Shown here piece by piece: positions 48,152 to 57,884 of a DNA stretch of 64,000 bases. The translations under genes and the position numbers were made by a program. The notes beneath the pieces were generated by a model. It was not told the DNA's origin and made no database searches. It saw nothing but the letters and a program-made list of their open reading frames with translations. Positions within the stretch are counted from its first letter, which is position 1; each line of letters begins with the position of its first letter. The DNA is taken from assembly GCA_045803545.1 (NCBI GenBank), contig JBJMOW010000002.1:460029-524028 (forward strand). The letters are read 5' to 3'. The stretch is from Gemmatimonadaceae bacterium (GTDB lineage Bacteria; Gemmatimonadota; Gemmatimonadetes; Gemmatimonadales; Gemmatimonadaceae).

Positions 48152-49237
48152 TTACGCCAGCGCGTCTTTGGAAATGGCGAAGGCCTGCGGGTGTCTCACA
48201 GCGACGTCGATCAGTTGATACGACGTGAATTCGATCATGCCCTGCTTCTTCAACCGGAACGGATCCGCGACGATCTCGAACGCGCCCCAGAAGCCGATGA
48301 TCACTTCCGACATCGCGCCGAAGATGATCGGGTGGCAGACGGCGCCCGAGGTGCCCTTGACGAGATTCTTCGGGAGTTGGTTCGAAACGAGGACCGGGTA
48401 GTCGTTGATCGACTGATCTCCGTCGAGGATGAACCAGCCAGAGGTCGTCTGGCGATCGGTGATGCGCCAGCGGTCGCGAATCTCCGGGGTCGTGACGTAA
48501 GCCATCGTGTCTAGGTCGACGTCACCGTCAGCGACAGCGACGGTCTTCTCGAACGACGTCGTCTGGGGCCACGTCGCGATCTGCCCGTTCGTGCCGAGCG
48601 CGATCGGGTTCGTGTTGGCCTGATTGAGGAGCCCGGTCGGCTGACCCGAAGCGCCTGATCCGTTCAAGGCCGCGAGATCGATCGTTGATGCGTGGACGCG
48701 AACGAGATCATTTCTCACGAGCTCGTCGACGGACGTTGAGACTTGCGACTGAGCGAGCAGCTGACGGGAGAACGAGGTCGTCCCGATTAACTCCTTTGGC
48801 GCCATCGCCACCGAGTTGAGCAAGAGATTCGTGTCGCTGACGTCGGCGCCCGGGTTCTGCGTGCTCCAGGAAGCGGTAGCGACGCCGTTCCCTCGCGGGA
48901 TCGCGAGATCTCCGGTCAGGCCTTCGAGGACCGTAGCGCCCGCGCGAATCACGATCGCGCGCTTTCTCAGCGCGTCGATGAACGTCCTCGCCTGCGTGAA
49001 CTTGAGCTCCTGACCTTTCGTCGACGTCGCCGTGTCCAGCCCTGCGCGCATCGACATCGAGTAAGGAACGAGGAGCCCGCCGTGCTGGGGAGTGCGAGTT
49101 TTGGCGAGCTCGTCGGACACCTCGAACGCGAGCCCTGACTTCGCCCGCTTCCGCTCCGGATCATCTGCGAGCTGAGCGAGCGCGTCACCTAGACGGTATT
49201 CGCGCTCTTCTCTCGCGTTCAGTGTGGTGTCCGACAT
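48152..49237 (-). CDS. Second HK97-fold capsid protein (paralog of the major capsid domain)
   Basis: Colinear with the C-terminal half of 49335-51461: RAGLD.ATSTKG.ELKFT, SRQLLAQ, NGSGAS.QPTG, RLKKQGMIE, KDALA. Confidence 0.9.
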   Translation of the reverse strand: MSDTTLNAREEREYRLGDALAQLADDPERKRAKSGLAFEVSDELAKTRTPQHGGLLVPYSMSMRAGLDTATSTKGQELKFTQARTFIDALRKRAIVIRAGATVLEGLTGDLAIPRGNGVATASWSTQNPGADVSDTNLLLNSVAMAPKELIGTTSFSRQLLAQSQVSTSVDELVRNDLVRVHASTIDLAALNGSGASGQPTGLLNQANTNPIALGTNGQIATWPQTTSFEKTVAVADGDVDLDTMAYVTTPEIRDRWRITDRQTTSGWFILDGDQSINDYPVLVSNQLPKNLVKGTSGAVCHPIIFGAMSEVIIGFWGAFEIVADPFRLKKQGMIEFTSYQLIDVAVRHPQAFAISKDALA

Positions 49238-49334
49238 GAAATCGTTGAGTGAGTAGTGAGGTGAAACGGCGTGGAACGGAGTGGGGATGCGGCGCGCCTC
49301 TTACCTCACGCCGCACCACTCACTCAGTTGGCGA

Positions 49335-51461
49335 CTAGGCCAGCGCGTCCTTCATCGCCGAGAACGCGGCGGCGTACTTGACGGCGATTCCGTACATGGC
49401 GAAGGAGGTCACTTCGATCATGCCCTGTTTCTTCAGGCGATACGGATCGACGATGAGCTCCATCATTCCCCAGTCACCGACGACGGCCTGACTCCAGGCG
49501 CCGAAGATGATCGCCAAGCAGATACCGCTCGACGAACCCTTGGTGAGGTTGTTGGGGACCTGGGCGGACACCCAGCCCGGGTAACCATTGATCTCGCCTG
49601 GAACGCGTGCGCCGAGACCCTGAACCGCTCCGGTTCCGAGAACGTTGGCGTCCGACTTCTGCCACACCGGAATGCCAACGGTGTTGGAGAGCACCTGCGC
49701 TTTCTTGAACGTGCCGCGCGTGGTCGGGTGCACCATGTACGCGCACGGCCACTGATCAGCGTTCGCAGCTGCGACCTGAGTTTCCAGATCGACGAGGTGC
49801 GTGTACGCCGGCGTCAGGCCGTTCGTGCCGCCGGCGACGGAACCGATACCTGACGTATTCAGGATTCCGGTCGGCTGGTTCGACGCGCCGGAGCCGTTGA
49901 TGACGGCGAGATCGAGCGCGATCGCGTTGACGCGCGCCAGATCGTTACGCACAATCGAATCGACGTCGACCACCGCCTGCGCGAGCAGCTGCCTCGAGTA
50001 GGAGGTCGAAGCCTGGATCGACTTCGGGTTGAGCGCGATCTGAGTCAGCGTCAGGTTGGAATCCGCGACGTCAGATCCGGGGTTTTCAGCGACCCACGTT
50101 GCGGTTGCGGCACCGTTCTGGGCCGGGAAGGCAACCGGACCCTGGAGACCCGCCATCAGGGTGACGCCGGCGTCGAACGCTGCCATCTTGTTGCGCAGCA
50201 GCTCGAGGAAATCACCGGGCACCGTGAACTTGAGCTCGAGACCCTTGGTGGAAGTCGCCGAGTCCAATCCAGCGCGTTGCTCCATCGGCCAACCGTTCTG
50301 GCGAGCCATGATCTCCCGCGCTCTCGCTTCCGAGGTGAAGGTCGGAACGAGGATTCCGCCATTCCGCTTGATTCCCTGTGGGACTTTCTTCTCCAGGTCC
50401 TGGGCGATCTCGCGCTCGAATGACGCATCGACTTTCTTGCCCATCACGTCTTCGGCGTGCGCGAGAATCGCCCGCTGGAAGGAGTATTGCTTCCGCTCCT
50501 TGTCGGTGAGCTCGACAGCCGGCTTCCCTGTCGGTGCGCTGGCATCGCCGCGCTCCTGGAGCTCGCCCAGGATCGAAGCGGCCGCGGAGTCGAGCGTGCG
50601 TCCCTCTTCGATCCACGTCGCCACTTTCTCGGCGGGGATCTTGTGCTTGGTGGCGAGTGAGCGGATTTCGTTCACTCGCTTGCGCTCGGCTTTGACGGCC
50701 TCGTCGCGATCCGCGACGGTGATCGCGGAGGGTTTGGATTCGGCCCCGTTATTCTCGGTAGCCGCGTTTGCTCCTGACATCGGATTGCTCCTGGCGGTGG
50801 CCTTCGGGGCCGTGATTGTGAGGTGAGGGAAGTGCTTGCGGAGCGCGGCGATCGCTGTCTCCGTGTCTTCGGGCGGCGCGTCCCCCGCGCTCCTGCCCAC
50901 GCCCACCGTGACATCGGCGGGAACTGCAACGCTCGAGGCTTCCATTGGGAGCCAGCGAGTGACGCGAACTTCGGGAACCTTGTTCTCGCCTTCGACTTCG
51001 CGCGTTTCCGTCTCGAGGCAGCGGTAGCCGACCGAGATCCGCTTTCGGATCCCGTCGAGCATATCGCGCCGGAGATCCTGCGCGGTCGTTCGTTGGCTAT
51101 AGCGCACCATGCCGCGCATCACGCCGTCTTTGTCGACCGAGATGTCTTCGACGATTCCTTCCTGCTGTCTCGTGTCGTGGCCATCGAGGAAAGCCATTCC
51201 GTCCCTCGCATAGGAGAGATCGACGGCCTCCTTCGTGTGCACGAGCACTTCGTCGTAGAACTCGCCGTCCCACCAGCTGTAGCGCCGGACCGGCGTCTCG
51301 CTCGAGATCGCGATCGGGACTCGCTCGTCGACGGTGCCGTCAGCCGCGCGAGTCGCAGCGACCTGGGCGAGCTTCTCCCGATCGACGACGAAAAGCATGT
51401 CGCGGTAGAAGACCTCGGCCTTTCTTTTCTCTTCGGATTTCTGTTCGGACTTTGAAGCCAT
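49335..51461 (-). CDS. Prohead protease-scaffold-major capsid fusion
   Basis: Protease FLDGHD, ISVGY, EASSVAVPAD; coiled scaffold; HK97 capsid domain. Confidence 0.9.
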   Translation of the reverse strand: MASKSEQKSEEKRKAEVFYRDMLFVVDREKLAQVAATRAADGTVDERVPIAISSETPVRRYSWWDGEFYDEVLVHTKEAVDLSYARDGMAFLDGHDTRQQEGIVEDISVDKDGVMRGMVRYSQRTTAQDLRRDMLDGIRKRISVGYRCLETETREVEGENKVPEVRVTRWLPMEASSVAVPADVTVGVGRSAGDAPPEDTETAIAALRKHFPHLTITAPKATARSNPMSGANAATENNGAESKPSAITVADRDEAVKAERKRVNEIRSLATKHKIPAEKVATWIEEGRTLDSAAASILGELQERGDASAPTGKPAVELTDKERKQYSFQRAILAHAEDVMGKKVDASFEREIAQDLEKKVPQGIKRNGGILVPTFTSEARAREIMARQNGWPMEQRAGLDSATSTKGLELKFTVPGDFLELLRNKMAAFDAGVTLMAGLQGPVAFPAQNGAATATWVAENPGSDVADSNLTLTQIALNPKSIQASTSYSRQLLAQAVVDVDSIVRNDLARVNAIALDLAVINGSGASNQPTGILNTSGIGSVAGGTNGLTPAYTHLVDLETQVAAANADQWPCAYMVHPTTRGTFKKAQVLSNTVGIPVWQKSDANVLGTGAVQGLGARVPGEINGYPGWVSAQVPNNLTKGSSSGICLAIIFGAWSQAVVGDWGMMELIVDPYRLKKQGMIEVTSFAMYGIAVKYAAAFSAMKDALA

Positions 51462-51471
51462 CCGATCCCCG

Positions 51472-51605
51472 GAAAACGAAAAGCGGCCCCCAGATCTCCG
51501 AAGAGATCCGAGAGCCGCTGTGAGCGGTGCTATGAGTTGTGGCGCTGCTTTGGTACTACCGACTGCTTACAACTTCAGTGTACAACGGTGTCTGCGGACG
51601 CGCTA
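51472..51605 (-). promoter_or_regulatory. Promoter-leader-terminator cassette A (before capsid)
   Basis: TAGCGC-N17-TACACT-GAAGT; ACAACTCA..GCACCGCTCAC; AGCGGC..TTCG..GCCGCT hairpin; TTTCGTTTTC. Confidence 0.8.
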
Positions 51606-51614
51606 CCGCCCGAA

Positions 51615-53108
51615 TCAGGAGGCTTGGAGCATCCTGGGCTTTTCTTTCTTCGGCGCCGGCGGCTGATTCCCGTTCTCATCGAGCGGTTCGGCATTGTCCT
51701 GCTTGGCGCCGATACCACCGATATAGACGCCGGCCTTCTCGGCGATTTCGTTCTCGCGTTTGAGATCGGCGATCAGATCTTCGAAGTCGCGACCCATCTC
51801 GGCACAGAGCTGCTGCCGCGAGGTGAGACCCAGGGCGAGCATCATTTCGTTGGCCCTCGCATCATTGTAGGGATCGACCCACTTCCAGCCGCGGCCCTTC
51901 CAGTCGACGTCGGTCCAGCGTTCGGCGATGCGCGATGGCAGCGAGAGGTAAGGCGTTAGGATCGCCATGTCGAGCCACGCGGCGAAGACGATGCGGTGCA
52001 CGTGCTCTGCGAACCAACCATGCAGCCGGCGCCAGAAATCGCGCTCCGACAATAGACCCGCTCGGATCGAGGAGTAGCTGGTTTCCTCGAGATCTCCGGT
52101 CAATGTCGTGTACGCTAAGCCGAGTCCGCCGGCGATCGTCCGGAGCATCGCTTTCAAGAAGGAAGCGAATTGCGCGTTTGGGTGCTGCGGATCCCACGGC
52201 GTGAACTTGTAGCCAGGAGGCGCCTGATCGATCGAGCCAGGCGCGACGTCCATCACGATCTTCTCGTTCGGCGCCGGCAGCTCGAACGCTGCGAATGCGT
52301 CGGGGATCGTTTCGAAGAAGCCCATCTTCGAAGCTGCGATACGAGCTGCCGTGACTTCGGCGTCCTCGTAGGCGCCCAGCATCTTCAGTCGGAAAATGAC
52401 CGGCGTGAGCCACGACACTCCTCGAGCCTGCTTGGCGCGCTTCCGCTTGAAGAGATGAATTATCTCCTCGGCGGGGATTCGGACTCTCTCGCGGCGGCCG
52501 GCTTCCGCCGGGTGAATCGTCCAGAAGTGATAGGCGACCGGTGCGCCCCATTTGTCGATCTCGACGCCCATCCAGATCTGGTTGCCGTTCTCCATGCGCT
52601 CGACGTTGAACTGCGAGTCGAGCAGGTCCGGATCGATCAGCTCCAAAGCGAAGCCGTACTTGTTGCGGAAGCCGGAGTGCTTACGGATGAACACTTCGCC
52701 GTCGACGACCAGGCTTTCGATGATACGGTCCTGGATGTCGACAAATGACATCGTTCGATCGACGCTCGCAGACTCGGGGTGCGACCAATCCCGCCACGCT
52801 TCGACGAGAGCCTTGTTGGCCTTCTCGGCCGGCGCGCCATCAGCTCCCTTGTTCCGCGGGTGCGGCGTTATGCCCGTTTCGCCGACGACGTTGCTGATGA
52901 ATTCGCGGACCGCCGCGTTGACTACGGGGTCGTCGCGGTAAAGAGCTCGAGCGCGGCGACGGAGCTCCCGAATGTCGGCGCGCGTTTCCTGATTGCCCGA
53001 TGCCGATGAGAGTCGCCAATCGGCCGAGAGTCGATCGACCATCGCGCCTTGCGCAAAGGCCCGCTTCCCGCGGCCGCCGGTTGCCGCGGCTGCAAAGGGA
53101 TTAGCCAT
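51615..53108 (-). CDS. Portal protein, lambda family
   Basis: LRRRARALYRDD, MGVEIDKWGAPVAYHF, RGVSWL, SYSSIRAG, WVDP. Confidence 0.92.
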   Translation of the reverse strand: MANPFAAAATGGRGKRAFAQGAMVDRLSADWRLSSASGNQETRADIRELRRRARALYRDDPVVNAAVREFISNVVGETGITPHPRNKGADGAPAEKANKALVEAWRDWSHPESASVDRTMSFVDIQDRIIESLVVDGEVFIRKHSGFRNKYGFALELIDPDLLDSQFNVERMENGNQIWMGVEIDKWGAPVAYHFWTIHPAEAGRRERVRIPAEEIIHLFKRKRAKQARGVSWLTPVIFRLKMLGAYEDAEVTAARIAASKMGFFETIPDAFAAFELPAPNEKIVMDVAPGSIDQAPPGYKFTPWDPQHPNAQFASFLKAMLRTIAGGLGLAYTTLTGDLEETSYSSIRAGLLSERDFWRRLHGWFAEHVHRIVFAAWLDMAILTPYLSLPSRIAERWTDVDWKGRGWKWVDPYNDARANEMMLALGLTSRQQLCAEMGRDFEDLIADLKRENEIAEKAGVYIGGIGAKQDNAEPLDENGNQPPAPKKEKPRMLQAS

Positions 53109-53370
53109 TTCGTTTTCTGGTCAGTGCGTACAGTCCGTCTGTAGCGATGCGGCCGATGAACCTCCAGCCACAGAGCGAGATCAGCAGTACGCCGGTCGAA
53201 GCCAGCCACAATGCGTGACGGCGAGCGGGCAGGAGCTCGACCACGCTTGCGGTGAGCAAGAACCAGCCGACCAGGATCGCAAGCGAAACCGCAAACTCTC
53301 CCGGATACTTGCTGATGAAATCCGCGATCCAACGCGTTATCCGAGCGGCCTGCGCGCGAAACCTGTTCAT
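53101..53370 (-). CDS. Small two-TM protein
   Basis: Hydrophobic; overlaps both neighbours. Confidence 0.55.
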   Translation of the reverse strand: MNRFRAQAARITRWIADFISKYPGEFAVSLAILVGWFLLTASVVELLPARRHALWLASTGVLLISLCGWRFIGRIATDGLYALTRKRNG

Positions 53371-54002
53371 GAATTAAGTGCCCTATACCAGGGTGGAAGA
53401 ACGACGGGCTCGCTCGTACCGATCGTGCCGTCGGGATTCATCATGACGGCGAGCACGGAAGGCCCGAGCGAGCCTTGGTTGCGGAGGCGATAAACTTTCG
53501 CCTGGTAGATTGCGCGCAGATTGACGAGATCCTTGAGCGGAGTCTTTGCGATCGATCGACCGCTGATCGCGTAGCTCTCGTGCGTGCTGCCGTTGCCGAC
53601 GATTCGCGCTTCGATCTCTGCCTCGAGCTTGGCCAGGACGCGCTCGACATGTGAGACCGCCGAAGCATCGGCAACTGCGGTCAGGTTGAGGACAATCGTG
53701 AAGACGCCCTGCTCGACGGTGTAATGTTGTCCGGCGTATGCGCCGGATCCGTCGACAAAGGATTGCCATTGATAGGCGCCGGAAGCGAGGAGAGCAGTTT
53801 TTGCCTTTGCGACGGTGACACTGTAGACCGACCCGCTCGAGCTGACGGTGACATCAGCGTTCGCGAGAACCGATTGCCCCCGGATCGCGTAGCCCAATGT
53901 CCAGCCTTCCGAAGGCGGGTAATTGGATAGCGTTTTAGTCCACGACCAGGTGTCGCCGGCGACGAGGACCTGGGGCTCTGACTGTGGGACTACTGGCGGC
54001 AT
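53367..54002 (-). CDS. Head completion protein (gpW-like C-terminus with an N-terminal beta domain)
   Basis: ESYAISGRSI..LKDL..LRAIY; between terL and portal. Confidence 0.65.
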   Translation of the reverse strand: MPPVVPQSEPQVLVAGDTWSWTKTLSNYPPSEGWTLGYAIRGQSVLANADVTVSSSGSVYSVTVAKAKTALLASGAYQWQSFVDGSGAYAGQHYTVEQGVFTIVLNLTAVADASAVSHVERVLAKLEAEIEARIVGNGSTHESYAISGRSIAKTPLKDLVNLRAIYQAKVYRLRNQGSLGPSVLAVMMNPDGTIGTSEPVVLPPWYRALNS

Positions 54003-54011
54003 TCAGTTCCC

Positions 54012-54129
54012 GAAAACGAAAACGGCCCCGATCTCCGCTGAGAGACCGAGGCCGTTGTGAGCGGTGCTGTGAATTGTGACGGGTTCGCTACCCTGACTTC
54101 AGTATTGTCGCGAGCGCCGAGCGACGCAA
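54012..54129 (-). promoter_or_regulatory. Promoter-leader-terminator cassette B (before gpW/portal)
   Basis: TTGCGT-N17-AATACT-GAAGT; ACAATTCA..GCACCGCTCAC; ACGGCC/GGCCGT hairpin; TTTCGTTTTC. Confidence 0.8.
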
Positions 54130-54130
54130 G

Positions 54131-56074
54131 CTAGTCGTTCTTCCACTTATTCACCCAGTTGCGGTTGCCAGGCCGCTTGAAGGGTGCGAGTGGATCGTCT
54201 TGCGCCACGTTCGCTTGCGGCTTCTTCCATTCCGATAGCGCCTTGGCTCTCGCCTCGAGACTGTCGATTATGCTCGGGCCCAGCGCGTGGAGACCGCCGA
54301 GCGCGTACACGTAACCGTCGATCTCCTCGTTCGGTCCGGTCCGGACCCAGATTCCTTTCGGCCGGCCGTTCACGATCTTCCGCATCAACTTCTCGTTCAT
54401 GAACTGCTCGACACGAGCTCGGTCGATGTCGTGCGGGATCCAGATGTAGAACGGCTTACGCTCTCCTGGCTCCGGCCGCTTCACCTTGAGCAGCCGCTTC
54501 ATCAGCGCTTCTTTGCCCGTGTAGCTCCCGATTTGGTAGGTAACGATGCGTTGCGTCTTGTGACGCTTGGGGGGCGACACGATCGGAACGCCTTCCTGGA
54601 GCGAGGATCCCTTTACCGCGTAGACTTTGTACCGCGCGTGCTTCCTCGCGAAGTCGTAGACCTGCTGCGCGTGGTGTCCGCCGGCGTCGATAAACGTTAT
54701 CGAAACGCTCATCGGAGCTCCGGATTCGTGCGTGTATGGTTTCAAAATGATTCGACTCAGCTCGTCCCAGGGATCCTTGGTTGCCGGATCGCCAGGAATC
54801 ATCTCGAAGTCGGTGCGCCATGCCTCCTCTCGGTGACCGAATCCCCACACGAATGTCTCGAGGCGATCGCCCTGGACGTCGACCGAACGGATAAGAACGC
54901 CGACACCGTGCGGAACGATGGGTTGCGGGTCGTCCGGATCCGGACCTCGAGGGAAGATCGTCTTGTGTGAGTCGAGCACTCCGTCGTCCAGCTGCTCGCC
55001 GCCTTCGACCCAGAAATCGCAGAGTATCGTATTGATGAAAGCCTGCAGCTTGAGTGGATCCTCTTTGTCGCGGAGAAATCGCGCGACCAGGTCGCTCCAA
55101 CGGAAGAACGGCGAATAGAGAGCAGAGATCCTGAAACCAGGAATCGGCGAGTCCGGATTCTGAGCGATCCAGCGGCCGCGCTTTAGCATGAGCATCTTGT
55201 CAGCTTCTTCGATCAGCGAGCTGCACGCGATGCAGACGTAGTGAGCGGTCTCCGGCTTCCCCTCGTCCCACTTGAGCCCGTGTTTCGAATCGCGATCGCC
55301 GAACTCGAGTTTCTGTTCGTGGCTGCAGTGAGGGCAGGGGACGAAGTACTCGCGTTGATCGGATGCCTCATACGCCTTTCCGATCGGCCCATCTTCGACG
55401 GTGGGCGAGGATACGTCGATGATCTTTCTATTCGGAAACGTTGATGTGCGCGACTCGGAGATCCCGCGCGGATCGCCTTCGGCGCCGGCGGACGCGGCGT
55501 AGCGATCGATCTCGTCGCGGAGGAGTACTCGGATCGGCCGCGCTGCCAAACCAGCGGCACTATTTGACCCGACGATTGTCAAATGACCCCCCGCAAATGT
55601 CTTGTGGGTGATCGTGTTGCCAGAATCGCGGGATCTCGAGTCGGCGACTTTGCCTTTGAGTCGCGGCGTGTCGCGCAGCATTGGAGCCAGCCGATCTTTC
55701 GACCACGCCTCCGCCATTTCCTTCGTCGGCTGCAGCATCAGGATCGGCGACGGATCCTGATCCATATAGTAGCCGGCGACGTTGTTGAGCGTCTCCGTCT
55801 TCCCGAGCTGCGAACCCCACATGCCGACGACGTGCGAGAACTTCGGGTCGCCGCACACATCCATGAATTCTTTCTGATACGGTGCATCGTCCGACGAATA
55901 TGGACCGGCGCGGAACGATGATTCCGGCGAGAGCATCCGGTATCGATCGGCCCATTGCGACACGGTGAGGCGAGGCGGCGGCTTTAGTCGCTCGTAGAGA
56001 ATTTTGCGCTCGAGCGCGGCGAGCTTGGAGCTCCGGGTGCGGCCGTGTTTAGTCTTTCCTGGTAACTCGGTCAT
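54131..56074 (-). CDS. Terminase large subunit, lambda gpA family
   Basis: SQWADRYR, SQLGKTE, DEIDRY, SSPT, YFVPCPHC, VDVQ, IDAGG. Confidence 0.95.
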   Translation of the reverse strand: MTELPGKTKHGRTRSSKLAALERKILYERLKPPPRLTVSQWADRYRMLSPESSFRAGPYSSDDAPYQKEFMDVCGDPKFSHVVGMWGSQLGKTETLNNVAGYYMDQDPSPILMLQPTKEMAEAWSKDRLAPMLRDTPRLKGKVADSRSRDSGNTITHKTFAGGHLTIVGSNSAAGLAARPIRVLLRDEIDRYAASAGAEGDPRGISESRTSTFPNRKIIDVSSPTVEDGPIGKAYEASDQREYFVPCPHCSHEQKLEFGDRDSKHGLKWDEGKPETAHYVCIACSSLIEEADKMLMLKRGRWIAQNPDSPIPGFRISALYSPFFRWSDLVARFLRDKEDPLKLQAFINTILCDFWVEGGEQLDDGVLDSHKTIFPRGPDPDDPQPIVPHGVGVLIRSVDVQGDRLETFVWGFGHREEAWRTDFEMIPGDPATKDPWDELSRIILKPYTHESGAPMSVSITFIDAGGHHAQQVYDFARKHARYKVYAVKGSSLQEGVPIVSPPKRHKTQRIVTYQIGSYTGKEALMKRLLKVKRPEPGERKPFYIWIPHDIDRARVEQFMNEKLMRKIVNGRPKGIWVRTGPNEEIDGYVYALGGLHALGPSIIDSLEARAKALSEWKKPQANVAQDDPLAPFKRPGNRNWVNKWKND

Positions 56075-56595
56075 GCCGCATCGTCGCCGGCATCGAGCTC
56101 GTCGAGCTCAGGATCCTCGTCCTCGATTTCCTGTGCGGTGCCCTGCAGCGCGCGAAGCAGCTCGTCGCGTATCTGCTCGCCGACAGCCTGCGCCTCGAGA
56201 TCGGTCCGCGTCACCTGGATTCGCGACAGGAACTTGGATGGCACTGTCATCAGCACCGCGCGCAGTCGATCGCAAATTCCGCCGACTCGCTTCTCGTGCA
56301 CGTCGAAAGGAATGAGCCGGCCATCGGCTTCCTCGACCTCGATCTCCGCCTTCCGAACTTCGGCGACGAATTTCCGCTTCCGGAGATCCTTGAGATCATC
56401 CTCGGGCTGTTTCTTTCGCTCCTGCGCGCGGATATATCCGTCGTACCAGACGCGCGACTCAGGCCATGGATGCGTTGCCTTCGCGCCCTCGCCATCCTTC
56501 GGCAATCCTTCGAAAACGAGATTCCGAACGTGACGCGTTGTGATTCCTAGGCGCTCAGCGAGCTCCTTCTGCGAGATCGACTTGGAACGAGACAC
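56071..56595 (-). CDS. Terminase small subunit (Nu1-like)
   Basis: N-terminal wHTH SQKELAERLGITTRHV..GLP; coiled coil; upstream of terL. Confidence 0.85.
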   Translation of the reverse strand: MSRSKSISQKELAERLGITTRHVRNLVFEGLPKDGEGAKATHPWPESRVWYDGYIRAQERKKQPEDDLKDLRKRKFVAEVRKAEIEVEEADGRLIPFDVHEKRVGGICDRLRAVLMTVPSKFLSRIQVTRTDLEAQAVGEQIRDELLRALQGTAQEIEDEDPELDELDAGDDAA

Positions 56596-56641
56596 GAATC
56601 ACGAGAGGCGGAAGGGAAATGCGACTTTGAAAAGTCTGGCG

Positions 56642-56696
56642 CTAGCAAAATGGCGAGCTGGCGCGTGACCCTCATTAGAACCCTTGGGAAGGACCC
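56642..56696 (-). other. Putative cos site (cosQ/cosN-like)
   Basis: GGGTCCT (same as lambda cosQ) then GGGTCACGCGCCAGCTCGCCATTTTGCTA, just upstream of terS. Confidence 0.6.
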
Positions 56697-56714
56697 AAAG
56701 TCTTGCTCGCGCGC

Positions 56715-57245
56715 TCATGCACGCACCAACGGTGTGTCACTGAACACGCGCCACTGGCGCGCTTCAACGAGATCAGTAATGAAGACCTGCGTGATCTCAA
56801 CACCCCACGGTGCGAGCCGCTTGGACATGAGAGCCGCGAGCTCGGCCTGCACCTCATCGCGCCTTTCCGTTAGATCGGTCCAGCTACGCTTGGTGCATTC
56901 TGTAGCGAGATAGCCAATGGCCATGTTGGTGACGCTTTGATTGATGTTCGACACCGCCGCCCAGAGCGTCTGGATGCTGAGAACGCGATACGCGATGTTC
57001 GCTGATACGGCGATGCTCTTACCATCGGACGTGGTCACAGCAGCAGTGGGCAGATCTATGGTCTGCTCGGTGGAGTAAGCGGTGTACACTTCCTCGAGCA
57101 CCGGCCATCGCATGTGCAGGCCGGGCTTCAGCTCTCTTCGCAATTGCCCACCGCGGAGCAGTAGACCCTGCTGCCAGCCGTACACACGTGAGATGGGCCA
57201 GATCGCTTTGAGATTGGCGATGATGAAGTTGATGAGCGCCTGCAT
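56715..57245 (-). CDS. SPFH/band-7 domain protein
   Basis: LKPGLH..WP, TIDLP..VTTSDG..I.VSA.IAYRV, WGVEI..V.ITD. Confidence 0.8.
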   Translation of the reverse strand: MQALINFIIANLKAIWPISRVYGWQQGLLLRGGQLRRELKPGLHMRWPVLEEVYTAYSTEQTIDLPTAAVTTSDGKSIAVSANIAYRVLSIQTLWAAVSNINQSVTNMAIGYLATECTKRSWTDLTERRDEVQAELAALMSKRLAPWGVEITQVFITDLVEARQWRVFSDTPLVRA

Positions 57246-57884
57246 CTAACGCGCACTCGCCATTGCTTCATTAAATCGCTGCTCGAAACTCTTCGCCCAC
57301 AGCTTCTCGACCGCTTCTCTGAACGTGGCTTCGAAATGAAGATTCGCGGGGATCGGCACCTGTGGCGTGAGCCAATAGAGGAGGATGTAGTCGCGCGGGC
57401 CCGGGCCGGTGCGCTGGAAGATTCCCTCGCGTCCGCTTCGCGTCTTCATTAGAAACGAGCGCTGATCGCCGCGCGTGGCCTTGCCAACCGCATGCAGATG
57501 CAGGTTCTTGGGACGCAGCTCCGGAGGTACGACTCCACCTCTTCCCGGCCGCGCCAGGATCGGGATCGCGATATTGCGGCCGGTGCGTGAGGTCTTGATG
57601 CCACCAGGCTCGAACTTGTTCATGAAGTCCGCTTTGTCGCCCACTTGGATGCGCGTGTAGATCGGGTTATCGCGCTTGGTCGAGAAGTGCGTGATCTTCA
57701 CCGATTCCTGCAGCACCCACGGCCGCCTGATCGTGAAGTTCTGACGCTCGGCATTCCAGAGCATTTGCTGGCCAGCCTTCGCAACGTCGTTCGTTGCCTG
57801 CGAGGCAGCGAATGGGATCTGTTCTCTCTCGGCATCGGTGAAGACTTTCTTGAGAGCTTCGATGTCGCAGCGGATCTGAATCAT
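57246..57884 (-). CDS. Tail completion-like (gpZ-type) basic protein
   Basis: QIPFAASQATNDVA, GIFQRTG; ATG 57884. Confidence 0.6.
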   Translation of the reverse strand: MIQIRCDIEALKKVFTDAEREQIPFAASQATNDVAKAGQQMLWNAERQNFTIRRPWVLQESVKITHFSTKRDNPIYTRIQVGDKADFMNKFEPGGIKTSRTGRNIAIPILARPGRGGVVPPELRPKNLHLHAVGKATRGDQRSFLMKTRSGREGIFQRTGPGPRDYILLYWLTPQVPIPANLHFEATFREAVEKLWAKSFEQRFNEAMASAR

